Positions 1-9,370 of a stretch of 38,303 bases of DNA are shown here, one piece after another. The position numbers and the translations under genes are program-made. The stretch covers positions 160 through 38,462 of the forward strand of contig DFBE01000015.1 in the NCBI GenBank assembly GCA_002367275.1. Reading direction: 5' to 3'. The notes below the pieces were generated by a model. The model saw only the letters and a list, made by a program, of their open reading frames with translations, did not search any database and was not told the origin of the DNA. Every line of letters begins with the position of its first letter. The first letter of the stretch is position 1. The stretch is from Dehalococcoidia bacterium UBA3088. Lineage in GTDB: Bacteria > Chloroflexota > Dehalococcoidia > UBA2247 > UBA3088.

Positions 1-154
<154 letters not shown>

Positions 155-239
155 TTAAGGAGATATTATCTCCTAGTTGATCGATGAGGTTTTACCTCAT
201 TGCAAATTGAATCTTTTACTTCCTTCCACTGTCCAGGGG

Positions 240-1709
240 TTAAGGTTCTTTTAATCTTCGCCAGAATAACATTCCTCCAAAGAGCATCACATAGTAAGCA
301 AGGATGATGTTCTGTCTGCCTACTTCAACCTCAAAGGAGGAAAAGGGAAGGAGTGAAAAACCTTTGACTACCACCATGAGATAGCTTAAGAAAGGGAAAG
401 CTAGCCATCCCATGACCTGGGATAAAAAGGGAGAGAAAATGCCAGTTATGCCCACACCAAAGGAAGTTAAAACAATGGGAAGGATGGCAGGTAGAGCGAA
501 TAGGGTAGCAACTGGGGAAATAGGGGATACAATATCAAAGTAATAGGCAATGAGGGGGAAAGTGGCCAAGATGGACCCCAAGCTCAGGGCAAGGCTCACG
601 TTTGCTTGATTTGCTATGCTCAAGGATAGACCTTCTTCCTTTACCGCTGACTTTACCAGTTTCTCCCCTCCCCGCTGAAAATAGGGGGAAAGGGTGATGA
701 TGCCCACCATGGCGGAAAAGCTCAGGAGAAAAGAAACATCCCACAAAAGCTCGGGTTCCACCCCCACCATTACTGCCGCAGCCAGAGAGAGAAGGCCCAG
801 GCCTCCTGCTGGCCTCCCTAAGTGGTAAGCCAAAAGAACCATGCTGGCCATGATACTTGCCCTCATTATGGGGGGCCGCATCCCCGAGATGAGGGCATAG
901 AACCATATCAGGATAAAGGTGAGTACGAGATAGGTAGGGCGGTCTCTACCCAGAAGGAAAGCCAGAAGGCTGAGCAAAGTTCCACAGATGATGGAAAGGT
1001 GAAGCCCAGAGATGGCCATGAGATGGTAAGTCCCGGTGGTGCGAAACTCCTCCTTCAGCGAGTATGGGACGTGAGTACGAATGCCTAAAGTTAAAGCCTG
1101 AGAGAGGGAGCATTGAGGCTCAGGTAGAGAGGTAATGAGAGAATCATTCAAGTTCTCCCGAACATTGAATATGAACCTTTTCACCGGCGATCCCTTATTA
1201 CCCAGGATACGAAGCTCCGGGTAGAACGTTACTGAGTGGATCCCCCGACGCTTAAGGTAATCTGGCTCAGGCTCCGTAAGCTTTCCATAAACACGGACTT
1301 CATCTCCTATCTTGGGCAGAGGAAAATTGAAGCTGTATATCATGATGTTACCTTCCACCCTCTCCCAATCCTCATCTATCCTCGCCCCCTCCACCTTGAG
1401 GAGAATGGAAGAGAATCTTCCCCCTTTGTCCGCTTCCAAAATCATGCCCTGGAGCTCCACCTTCTTCCCGTTATACTCTGAGATAGCAGGAGCAGGCAAG
1501 GCAGGGGTGGGCAAGGCCGAACGAAGCAAGCCCAAGCTGAGAAGAACCAGGCTGAAGATAATAAGGAGCCTACGATGAGCTTTCCAGAGATAAAATAAGG
1601 AGGCCAGTATTAAAACGCTGACTATGAGGGTAAGTACTTCCCCGTGGAACCCCTCCTCCCCTAAGTAAATGCCGCAAATCCAAAACAGGCTTAGGAAGAG
1701 GAGTCCCAT
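240..1709 (-). CDS. comEC: ComEC/Rec2 DNA uptake channel (OB-like domain plus competence domain, no metallo-beta-lactamase domain)
   Basis: TGTYHLMAISGLHL, RASIM and SFLLSF motifs; multiple TM segments; adjacent to comEA. Confidence 0.93.
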   Translation of the reverse strand: MGLLFLSLFWICGIYLGEEGFHGEVLTLIVSVLILASLFYLWKAHRRLLIIFSLVLLSLGLLRSALPTPALPAPAISEYNGKKVELQGMILEADKGGRFSSILLKVEGARIDEDWERVEGNIMIYSFNFPLPKIGDEVRVYGKLTEPEPDYLKRRGIHSVTFYPELRILGNKGSPVKRFIFNVRENLNDSLITSLPEPQCSLSQALTLGIRTHVPYSLKEEFRTTGTYHLMAISGLHLSIICGTLLSLLAFLLGRDRPTYLVLTFILIWFYALISGMRPPIMRASIMASMVLLAYHLGRPAGGLGLLSLAAAVMVGVEPELLWDVSFLLSFSAMVGIITLSPYFQRGGEKLVKSAVKEEGLSLSIANQANVSLALSLGSILATFPLIAYYFDIVSPISPVATLFALPAILPIVLTSFGVGITGIFSPFLSQVMGWLAFPFLSYLMVVVKGFSLLPFSSFEVEVGRQNIILAYYVMLFGGMLFWRRLKEP

Positions 1710-1722
1710 TCCATTTCCGACT

Positions 1723-2214
1723 CTAATCTACTACCGTGATCTTATGTTTGATATTTTCAAAAGTCCTCTCTCCTATCCCTTTAACGTTGACTATTTCCTC
1801 AATAGAGTGAAAGAGGCCCTCGGTTTGACGATAGGAGATTATCTCCTGGGCGGTCTTTTCTCCTATTCCGGGGAGGGCACAGAGAAGCCAAGAAGGAGCG
1901 GTGTTGAGGTTTACCTTTTGTTGTACAGGAGCTTCATCAGGAAGGGGAAAACGAAGGTCTACCCTTTTGGAATTCCCTCCCGCAGAGCGGATAATATCTC
2001 CTATTTGTGCTTCCGGGCTGAAAAAGTAGACCCCGGGATAATCACAATCACCGCTTACGTGGAGCTCGACCTTTTCTGACTCCTCGGGAGGAAGATATGC
2101 ACTTAAAGGACTATTTCTGTCTTCACAGTAAAGAAAAAACACCCCACCAATAGCGGCAGTGATAAGCAGGGCAACAGCGATGTAGCCCTTATTATCCCTA
2201 AGTATCCTTTTCAA
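1723..2214 (-). CDS. comEA: ComEA DNA receptor (TM, SLBB-like, helix-hairpin-helix)
   Basis: KVNLNTA...LPGIGEKTAQEII...VKGIGERTFE HhH motifs; N-terminal TM helix; TTG start. Confidence 0.93.
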   Translation of the reverse strand: MKRILRDNKGYIAVALLITAAIGGVFFLYCEDRNSPLSAYLPPEESEKVELHVSGDCDYPGVYFFSPEAQIGDIIRSAGGNSKRVDLRFPLPDEAPVQQKVNLNTAPSWLLCALPGIGEKTAQEIISYRQTEGLFHSIEEIVNVKGIGERTFENIKHKITVVD

Positions 2215-2899
2215 GGATTATCCGAGCATCTACGGCCAGGGCGCCATCTTTGTAGGCGAATATGGGATTAAGGTCCAGCTCGGCTATTTCGGAGTTCTGT
2301 TCCACGAAATCAGAGACCTTAAGTATCATTTGTTCAAGCTTTCCGATATCTGCGGGGTCCTGACCTCGATAGCCACAAAGAATCGGATATCCCTTTATCT
2401 CTCGCACCATCTCGTGGGCATCCCGGGGAGTTAAGGGAACGATCCTGAAAGAAACATCTTTTAGAACCTCAACCAGCACTCCCCCCAGACCAAACATGAT
2501 CACCGGCCCAAACTGAGGATCCTTGGACATGCCAACGATTACTTCCACTCCCGGGGGGGCCATCTTCTGCACCGCTACTCCCTGGATGCGAGCCCGGGGG
2601 AATTTTTGCTTGACCGAAGTCATGATTTCGCTGTAGGCCCTACCTACCTGGGAAATATTCTTGAGCCCTACCTTTACCCCTCCAGCATCACTCTTGTGAA
2701 TTACCTCAGGAGAGACTATTTTAAGAACTACCGGAAATCCCATGTCAGAGCTTATAGAAATAGCCTCTCTTTTTGTTCTAGCTAGCCTGGTATCTGCCAC
2801 CCCTATCCCTGCCTCTTTGAGTAGGTTTTTAGCTTCAACTTCAGTGAGAACATTTCTCCCCTCTTTTTTGGCCATGGTAATAGCCTCTACTGCTGACAT
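2198..2899 (-). CDS. Acetate/acyl-CoA ligase (ADP-forming) beta subunit, ATP-grasp
   Basis: GFPVVLKIVSPEVIHKSDAGGV, DPQFGPVIMFGLGG, ELDLNP; RBS AGGAGG upstream. Confidence 0.9.
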   Translation of the reverse strand: MSAVEAITMAKKEGRNVLTEVEAKNLLKEAGIGVADTRLARTKREAISISSDMGFPVVLKIVSPEVIHKSDAGGVKVGLKNISQVGRAYSEIMTSVKQKFPRARIQGVAVQKMAPPGVEVIVGMSKDPQFGPVIMFGLGGVLVEVLKDVSFRIVPLTPRDAHEMVREIKGYPILCGYRGQDPADIGKLEQMILKVSDFVEQNSEIAELDLNPIFAYKDGALAVDARIILEKDT

Positions 2900-2933
2900 C
2901 CTTACCTCCTAACAAAAATTCAACACTTTTGCC

Positions 2934-2962
2934 ATTCTACCAGAGTTTATGAACTTTAGCAA
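2934..2962 (-). promoter_or_regulatory. sigma70-type promoter for acd-comEA-comEC
   Basis: Minus strand TTGCTA-17 nt-TAGAAT with extended -10 TG. Confidence 0.6.
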
Positions 2963-2977
2963 AGTGAACCTTACACC

Positions 2978-3088
2978 TGTCACTATAACAGTTTAGTCGG
3001 TGAACGTTAAAAAGTCTTGCGTCATTGTGAGCCTTTCGCAATGACACGACGTGGGATGCTTATCTACTGACTAAATTGATACGAGACA
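2978..3088. repeat. Nested inverted repeat (MITE/REP-like)
   Basis: Outer imperfect arms 2978-3003 and 3063-3088; inner hairpin GTCATTGTGA (3021-3030) / TCGCAATGAC (3036-3045). GTCATTGCGA recurs at 38290. Confidence 0.55.
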
Positions 3089-3106
3089 CGCCAAGGGAAA
3101 TCCAAA

Positions 3107-3135
3107 TTGACAAAGGATAGCTTCCTGGCTATGAT
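3107..3135 (+). promoter_or_regulatory. sigma70-type promoter for padR
   Basis: TTGACA (3107-3112)-17 nt-TATGAT (3130-3135). Confidence 0.7.
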
Positions 3136-3161
3136 TTCTGGTACAAGGTAAGCTGAGATAT

Positions 3162-3491
3162 ATGGTGTATTCCTCCGAGCTACTAAAGGGAAGTGTAGAT
3201 ACCATTCTTCTTTCTTTGATTGCGGAAAATCCGGTATATGGTTATCAAATCGTCCGAGAATTGGAGAAAAAAAGCCAGGGGTACTTTGTATTTAAGGAGG
3301 GTACCCTATATCCTGCCCTGCGCCGCCTGGAAAGAAAAAGGCTGGTCATAAGCAAATGGGAGGATCTTCAAAGCGGTAGAAAAAGAAGGTACTACTATAT
3401 AACTGACCAGGGATCGAAGTTTTTAAAGGATAAAAAGGCGGAGTGGCAGGGATTTTCCCTGGCCATAAATTTAATAGCCGGCCTGCCCTAA
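3162..3491 (+). CDS. PadR family transcriptional regulator
   Basis: LLKG...YGYQI...EGTLYPALRRLE...RRYYYIT PadR signature. Confidence 0.93.
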   Translation: MVYSSELLKGSVDTILLSLIAENPVYGYQIVRELEKKSQGYFVFKEGTLYPALRRLERKRLVISKWEDLQSGRKRRYYYITDQGSKFLKDKKAEWQGFSLAINLIAGLP

Positions 3492-3508
3492 ATACCGGGT
3501 CAGCGGAG

Positions 3509-4318
3509 ATGATAGCCGATTCCTGGATAGAGAGGATCAGGGGGTTATTAGAGCTTAGCTCCTCTCAGAAGGAGGAGGTCCTTTGTGAGTTGTCCACCCA
3601 TCTGGAGGAGGAGGTAGAGGAGTTAGAGAGAGGAGGTCTCTCTGGAGAAGAGGCAAGCATAAAGGTAGTGGAGGCTCTGGGGTCCACTGAGGAGATAGCC
3701 CGGGAGCTCAATCAAGTTTATGCCCATGGGAGCGATAAAGAAGCTATCTTAGCTTCCCTCCCTTACTTTCTTTCCTTCCTTCTCTTTTCCCTTGGCCTTG
3801 AGGAAAACATGGGGGCTCTTATCTTCGCCGGTGGTACCGTTATCGTAGCTGTGCTGGTTGGTCGAACCGCCAGACCCCCTTGGGTTCTTACCTGGATGGG
3901 CTATTCATTTGTGCTTCTATTTGCCCTGGGCTTTCTACTGTGGGATATTATCTTCCCCCTGGCCCTTGCTTATGGCTTATTGGTAATATCCCTCTTCATC
4001 ACCAAAGTCATAAGTGTAGTCAGGGAGGATCCCTACCTTATTCCTCTTATATCTGTCCCTCCTTTGATATTTGGAGAGTGGTTTTTAGAGGGCACACCGG
4101 AATTTAAGCCTCTGACAGTGCTGGGCTTTCTGGCACTGGCCGTTCTCTGCTCCATCTTCATCATGGGGGGAAGAAGAGCAAAACTCATCGTCTGTCTGAC
4201 CCAAATCTTCGTCCTGAGCTTGATCTTGGGCTCGGTAGGTACAGCCGGACTCTGGGCCCTGCCGGCAATCACCATGGCCTGTCTGGTATTGAGAGAGGCC
4301 CGAGTAGAGCAGCACTAG
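3509..4318 (+). CDS. PadR-associated membrane protein (HAAS/permease-prefix-like N-terminal domain)
   Basis: N-terminal EEVLCELSTHLEE...GLSGEEA...ALGS.EEIAREL, then about 7 hydrophobic segments; start reassigned to ATG 3509 after GGAG. Confidence 0.7.
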   Translation: MIADSWIERIRGLLELSSSQKEEVLCELSTHLEEEVEELERGGLSGEEASIKVVEALGSTEEIARELNQVYAHGSDKEAILASLPYFLSFLLFSLGLEENMGALIFAGGTVIVAVLVGRTARPPWVLTWMGYSFVLLFALGFLLWDIIFPLALAYGLLVISLFITKVISVVREDPYLIPLISVPPLIFGEWFLEGTPEFKPLTVLGFLALAVLCSIFIMGGRRAKLIVCLTQIFVLSLILGSVGTAGLWALPAITMACLVLREARVEQH

Positions 4319-5565
4319 CTGAGGTAATTTTGGGCCAGCCTTATCAGAAAATCTGTTCTTACCCTCAAGCTTTTGATATCCATCCTCTCATTTGGAGCAT
4401 GGATAAGATTTGATATCGAAGGCTCAAGGATATCTATTCCATAGCAAGGAATCCCCATTCGCCGAAGAAACCGAGAGTCAGTGGCAGCAGAAGAAATGAC
4501 CGGCGACATGACCGCATCATCTCTTGCCACTTCTCTCAAGGTACGCTGGATGAGCTCAGTATAAGGAGAGCGGAAGGGGGAAAGAGAGGAAGGAAAGAAG
4601 CTCCCGATTTCCACCTGTATATTTTCCCCCACCGCCTTTTCAAGCTCTTCCTTTACATATTCTTCATCCTGCCCGGGCATAACCCTTATGTCCACTTCAG
4701 ATGAGCAAAAGTCGGGCACCATATTTACCTTTACCCCTCCCTGGATGGTGTTCACTGAGACCGTCATGCGAGTTACTGCCCGGAGATACTCCCGAAGTTT
4801 TTTGTCTTCTATAGAATCGACCACGCAGTCCAGATTTTGAGGGGTAACTTTCGTCCCTAATAACTCCCAGAACATCTCCTCCACTTCAGGGCTCAGTATG
4901 ACCTCGGGTTTATACTTGGCCAGCTCTTCCAGTGCCCTGGCCATCTTGGTAATGGCATTTTCTCCCAGGGCAGGAATAGACCCGTGAGCAGAAAGGCCAT
5001 GGGCGTGAAAATAAGCCCGCAGGACCCCTTTTTCGCCTGCCTGCATCAGGTAGACGGTGTTAGGGCCTATTCTCAGAGGCCCCTCCGCTCCCTCATTTAT
5101 AACCAGGTCAACCCCGATTTCATCCGGGTAGTTCTGTATCAGATGCTTTATTCCTTTTCCTTCTCCTTCCTCGTCACAAGTGGCAGCAAAGGTGAGCCTT
5201 CCCTTAAGCCTTTCCTTCTTGAGCTTCAGCAGGGCATATGCTTCACAGGCTACCAGTCCCTTACAATCTATGGCTCCCCTTCCCCAAACAAACCCCCCTT
5301 TTATTCTTCCGCTAAAGGGGTCAAATTCCCATCCTCCTCCTCCCGGAACGACATCGGTGTGGGAAAGGTATAGAAGTTTTTTCTCTCCCTCACCCAGATG
5401 CGCAAGGAAGTTTCCCCTTCCTGGGCTTATGTGAATAATCTTGCTTTCGATGCCCTCCCTATCGAAGAGATCCTTGAGGTATTCTGCTACCTCAAGTTCT
5501 CCTCCCGGTGGGTTCACCGACTTTATTCTTACCAGGTCAGAGAGGATGCCTTCTTCAGTTATCAA
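4315..5565 (-). CDS. M20/M25/M40 family metallohydrolase (ArgE/DapE-like)
   Basis: Metal ligands HTDVVP, GRGAIDCKG, DEE, NEG, HAPNE. Confidence 0.88.
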   Translation of the reverse strand: MITEEGILSDLVRIKSVNPPGGELEVAEYLKDLFDREGIESKIIHISPGRGNFLAHLGEGEKKLLYLSHTDVVPGGGGWEFDPFSGRIKGGFVWGRGAIDCKGLVACEAYALLKLKKERLKGRLTFAATCDEEGEGKGIKHLIQNYPDEIGVDLVINEGAEGPLRIGPNTVYLMQAGEKGVLRAYFHAHGLSAHGSIPALGENAITKMARALEELAKYKPEVILSPEVEEMFWELLGTKVTPQNLDCVVDSIEDKKLREYLRAVTRMTVSVNTIQGGVKVNMVPDFCSSEVDIRVMPGQDEEYVKEELEKAVGENIQVEIGSFFPSSLSPFRSPYTELIQRTLREVARDDAVMSPVISSAATDSRFLRRMGIPCYGIDILEPSISNLIHAPNERMDIKSLRVRTDFLIRLAQNYLS

Positions 5566-6785
5566 TCCTCCTTTTCCAGCTCAAACGCTCGGTGCAGGCT
5601 GCGGACAGCCGTGGGGATCTTGTCCTCCTCCACGATGCAGGTAATGCGAATCTCTGAGGTGGTGATGAGTTCGATGTTGACTCCGGCCTCATACAGGGTA
5701 TGAAACATCCGGGCGGCATATCCGGGGGCATTCTGCATTCCCACCCCCACAATACTCACCTTACCCAGGTTGGTGCTATGAACTACTTTTTGCGCCTTGA
5801 TGGATTCAGTCACCGGCAAGATAATCTCCAGTGTCTTCTCTGTATCCCCACGAGAGACGGTGAATGTGAGGTCAGTTATACCTTGAACACTGGCATTCTG
5901 GACAATGGTGTCCACATTTATGTTGCTCCTGGCCAGGGGTTCAAACAAAGAAGTGACTATCCCTGGTTTATCCGGGATGCCTACTACGGTTATTTTAGCC
6001 ACATCCATATCGAAGGTTACTCCTCTTACCTTGTTTTTAGCTTCCATGTTTACTCCTTCCAAGATGAGGGTTCCGCAAGATTGGCTTCCGCTCCCGGCCA
6101 CCAGGATGGGAATTTGGTATAGCTTTCCAATCTCTACTGCTCGGGGATGGATCACCTTAGAGCCGTAGCTAGCTAACTCCAGCATTTCCTCATAATCTAT
6201 CTCTGAAAGCTTCCTTGCCTCAGGGACCACCCGGGGGTCGGCAGTATATATCCCTTCAACATCAGTATATATCTCGCATATCTTGGCTTTAAGTCTTGCC
6301 GCCAGAGCCACTGCCGTGGTATCTGAACCTCCCCTCCCCAGGGTGGTTACATCTTCGGAAGTTCTTTCTATCCCCTGAAATCCTGCCACTACCACCACTT
6401 TGCTCCGGGCCAGCTCACGCTCCATCCTTTGGGAATTAATATCCAGGATATGCGCCTGGGAATAATAGCCATCAGTCTGAATACCTGCCTGGGCTCCGCT
6501 CAGACTTATAGCATCCTGCCCCAGGGACTTGAGGGCCATGGAAAGGAGGGCCGCAGAGACTGTCTCTCCGGTAGAGATGAGGAGGTCCAGATCTCGGCCG
6601 TCAGGACGAGCCGATACCTGGTGGGCAAGCTCAATGAGATCATCAGTGGTATCCCCCATGGCCGAGACCACCACCACCAATCTTACACCTTGTTGACTTC
6701 GGCGGACAACGCGTTGGGCCGCCTCCCTTATGTTCTGAGGTGAGGCCAGAGAGGACCCCCCGTATTTTTGTATTATTAGCTCCAT
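5562..6785 (-). CDS. lysC: Aspartate kinase with two ACT domains
   Basis: QKYGGSS, VVVSAMGDTTD, TLGRGGSDTTA, YTDVEGIYTADPR. Confidence 0.96.
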   Translation of the reverse strand: MELIIQKYGGSSLASPQNIREAAQRVVRRSQQGVRLVVVVSAMGDTTDDLIELAHQVSARPDGRDLDLLISTGETVSAALLSMALKSLGQDAISLSGAQAGIQTDGYYSQAHILDINSQRMERELARSKVVVVAGFQGIERTSEDVTTLGRGGSDTTAVALAARLKAKICEIYTDVEGIYTADPRVVPEARKLSEIDYEEMLELASYGSKVIHPRAVEIGKLYQIPILVAGSGSQSCGTLILEGVNMEAKNKVRGVTFDMDVAKITVVGIPDKPGIVTSLFEPLARSNINVDTIVQNASVQGITDLTFTVSRGDTEKTLEIILPVTESIKAQKVVHSTNLGKVSIVGVGMQNAPGYAARMFHTLYEAGVNIELITTSEIRITCIVEEDKIPTAVRSLHRAFELEKED

Positions 6786-7967
6786 TCAGGTAAGAAGCCT
6801 TCTTATAATAGTATAACCTTCCACTACTATACCACTGATCTTCGTTTGCTCCTCAGTGAGCCTTTCTGCTCCTGAGGGCTCAAAATTTGGCCTCCACATA
6901 AGGAAGGGAACAGCCTCCCTCACGTGGGTTTGGATAGCTACAGGCGTGGGGTGATCCGGCATGATGAGCATCTGAAGGCGATCCTTGTTCCAGGAGATGA
7001 GCCTTCTCACTATTTCGTCATCTATTTTCTCAATGGCCTCTATTTTATCTGAAGCCGAGCCACTATGGGCGGCCTCATCGGGTGCCTCAACATGAATGAC
7101 CACCAGGTCGTGGTTCTCAAGTGCTCTGAGTGCCCCCTCTGCCTGGGCAGCATAGTCATTGTCTGGACCATCGGTGACACCAGGTATATTGAGTACCTCC
7201 ATCCCCAGGGCCTTGGCCAGGCCACGAAGCAAATCTACACCTGAAGTTAGGGCACTATTCAGCCCATACACCTTGGTGAAGGAGGGTAAGAAGAAAGGAC
7301 CTTCACTTCCCCAGAAGAGCCATATCATGGAGGCAGGCAGATTTCCCTCCCGGATGCGTTTTTGGTTTATGGGATGATCTCTCAATATCTTCTCTGAAGA
7401 AAACATTAAATATCGCAGCAGATCACTTCCTTCACTCTGGGGAAGAAAGGAGGCTATAGACTTTCCGGGAATATCATGGGGAGGGGTGCAGATGGCCAGA
7501 AGAGTATCCCGGTGTCCTCTTATCTTGCATATATGTCTATAGCCTGTCCCCGGATAGAAGTGTATTTCCTCATTCCCCAGCTTTTGGTCAAGGTCGGAGA
7601 TAAGAGAGCAAGCCTCCGAAGTTGAGATATGACCTGCGCTATAGCTTTCCATCCTGCCACCGGAGATGGAGACTAGATTTAAGCGAAACACCACCTCATC
7701 GGGCAGGATGGGGATTCCCAGGCTTTGGGCTTCGATGATACTTCTCCCCTTGTAATAAACCTGGGGGTCAAACCCCAGAATTGACATACAGGCACAGGCA
7801 CTGTCGGGTTCCATCCCCGGGGGAACGGTATGAGCAAGTCCTACCTCTGCCTCACGGGCTAAGTAGTCTAGATAAGGAGTACGGGCCACCTCCAGGGATG
7901 TTCTTCCGCTATACTGGGGGAGGGGCCAGCCGGAGGCTCCATCCATTATCAGGATGCAATACTTCAC
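6786..7967 (-). CDS. apgM: ApgM-family cofactor-independent phosphoglycerate mutase (also proposed as a homoserine kinase)
   Basis: ILIMDG, TPPHDI, HVEAPDEAAH, PDHPTP, H..EAVPF; GTG start at 7967 overlaps the upstream stop (GTGA). Confidence 0.85.
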   Translation of the reverse strand: MKYCILIMDGASGWPLPQYSGRTSLEVARTPYLDYLAREAEVGLAHTVPPGMEPDSACACMSILGFDPQVYYKGRSIIEAQSLGIPILPDEVVFRLNLVSISGGRMESYSAGHISTSEACSLISDLDQKLGNEEIHFYPGTGYRHICKIRGHRDTLLAICTPPHDIPGKSIASFLPQSEGSDLLRYLMFSSEKILRDHPINQKRIREGNLPASMIWLFWGSEGPFFLPSFTKVYGLNSALTSGVDLLRGLAKALGMEVLNIPGVTDGPDNDYAAQAEGALRALENHDLVVIHVEAPDEAAHSGSASDKIEAIEKIDDEIVRRLISWNKDRLQMLIMPDHPTPVAIQTHVREAVPFLMWRPNFEPSGAERLTEEQTKISGIVVEGYTIIRRLLT

Positions 7968-9370
7968 CCTGACTTTAGATAGGAGTCGATGGAGACGGCA
8001 GCCCGCTTTCCCGCTCCCATAGCACTGATTACCGTGGCTGCTCCAGTGGCCATATCTCCACCGCACCAAATTTCATCTCGGCTGGTTCTACCGGTGGCTT
8101 CATCTGTGATTATAGTGCCCCACTTGGTAAGCTTGAGCCGGGAGGTGGTGGAGGGAACAATGGGGTTGGGCCTGGTACCTAAGGCAATGATGGCAGTATC
8201 AATTTCAGTCACAAACTCAGTCCCTGGCTTTCGGATTGGTCTCCTCCGACCACTTTCATCAGGTTCGCCAAGCTCCATTTCATAGCACTCTACTGCCACC
8301 ACCCTCCCCTGATCATCCCCGATGAACCTTAAGGGGTTGGTCAAAAGCCGGAAAATAATCCCCTCCTCCTCAGCATTTTCCCTTTCCTCGGCCCTAGCGG
8401 GCATTTCTATCTTAGAACGGCGATAGATGATGTTAACCTCGGAGGCTCCCAGTCTTAAGGCACATCTTGCTGCATCCATGGCCACATTTCCTCCACCAAA
8501 CACCGCCACCCTTTTCCCTGCCTTTATAGGGGTATCATATTCAGGGAAGAGATAAGCCTTCATCAGGTTGGTCCGGGTAAGAAATTCATTGGCTGAGTAG
8601 ATACCACTCAGGTTTTCACCGGGGATACCCAAGAACATGGGTGCCCCCGCCCCGGGGGCCAGGAAAACAGCCTCAAAACCATTCCCCAAAATCTCATCCG
8701 CAGTTTTGGTCTTACCTATCACCTGGTTAAGCTTTATATCCACCCCCCATGACTTTACATAATCAACTTCACTCTGAACGATTTCCTTGGGTAGTCTAAA
8801 TTCAGGAATGCCATACATCAGAACCCCTCCGGCAATATGGAGGGCCTCAAATATGGTAACTGCGTACCCCAGCTTAGCCAGGTCACAAGCGCAGGTAAGA
8901 CCGGCCGGCCCCGATCCAACTACTGCCACCTTCTTATCCACAATAGAAAAGGATTGTCCTTCTCTCTCAGCTGTCACTTCAGGATGGGCCCTTCCCCAAT
9001 CGGCTACATATCGTTCCAGTCGGCCAATGGCAATGGGAGCACCTTTCTTGGCCAGATTACATTTTACTTCGCACTGTGTTTCCTGGGGGCAAACCCTTCC
9101 GCAGATAGCCGGAAGGCTGTTCTTACTTTGGAGTATCTTTACTGCCTCCCGCATATTATTTTCGCGTACAGCATTTATGAACTCAGGAATGTCCACATTT
9201 ACCGGACAGCCCTCCTTGCAGGAAGGCTTCTTGCACTGAATACACCTTCCCGCTTCCTCTAAAGCCTGCTCTTCAGTATAGCCTAGAGCTACCTCATCGA
9301 AATTTCCTCTCCTGACTTTGGGGTCTTGCCGAGGCATGGGAACGCGGTTTAAGTTTAGCTTTTCGGGCAT
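7964..9370 (-). CDS. nfnB: NfnB/SudA large subunit of electron-bifurcating transhydrogenase (GltD-like)
   Basis: RCIQCKKPSCKEGCP, CGRVCPQETQCE, GSGPAG, YGIPEFRLP, GGGNVAMD; paired with nfnA. Confidence 0.88.
   Translation of the reverse strand: MPEKLNLNRVPMPRQDPKVRRGNFDEVALGYTEEQALEEAGRCIQCKKPSCKEGCPVNVDIPEFINAVRENNMREAVKILQSKNSLPAICGRVCPQETQCEVKCNLAKKGAPIAIGRLERYVADWGRAHPEVTAEREGQSFSIVDKKVAVVGSGPAGLTCACDLAKLGYAVTIFEALHIAGGVLMYGIPEFRLPKEIVQSEVDYVKSWGVDIKLNQVIGKTKTADEILGNGFEAVFLAPGAGAPMFLGIPGENLSGIYSANEFLTRTNLMKAYLFPEYDTPIKAGKRVAVFGGGNVAMDAARCALRLGASEVNIIYRRSKIEMPARAEERENAEEEGIIFRLLTNPLRFIGDDQGRVVAVECYEMELGEPDESGRRRPIRKPGTEFVTEIDTAIIALGTRPNPIVPSTTSRLKLTKWGTIITDEATGRTSRDEIWCGGDMATGAATVISAMGAGKRAAVSIDSYLKSG

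Noticed and set aside
7964-9370. Calling this gene the glutamate synthase beta subunit (gltD) for the nitrogen island
   Set aside because: It overlaps a SudB/NfnA gene, the typical NfnAB arrangement, and lies more than 14 kb from the gltB pieces.
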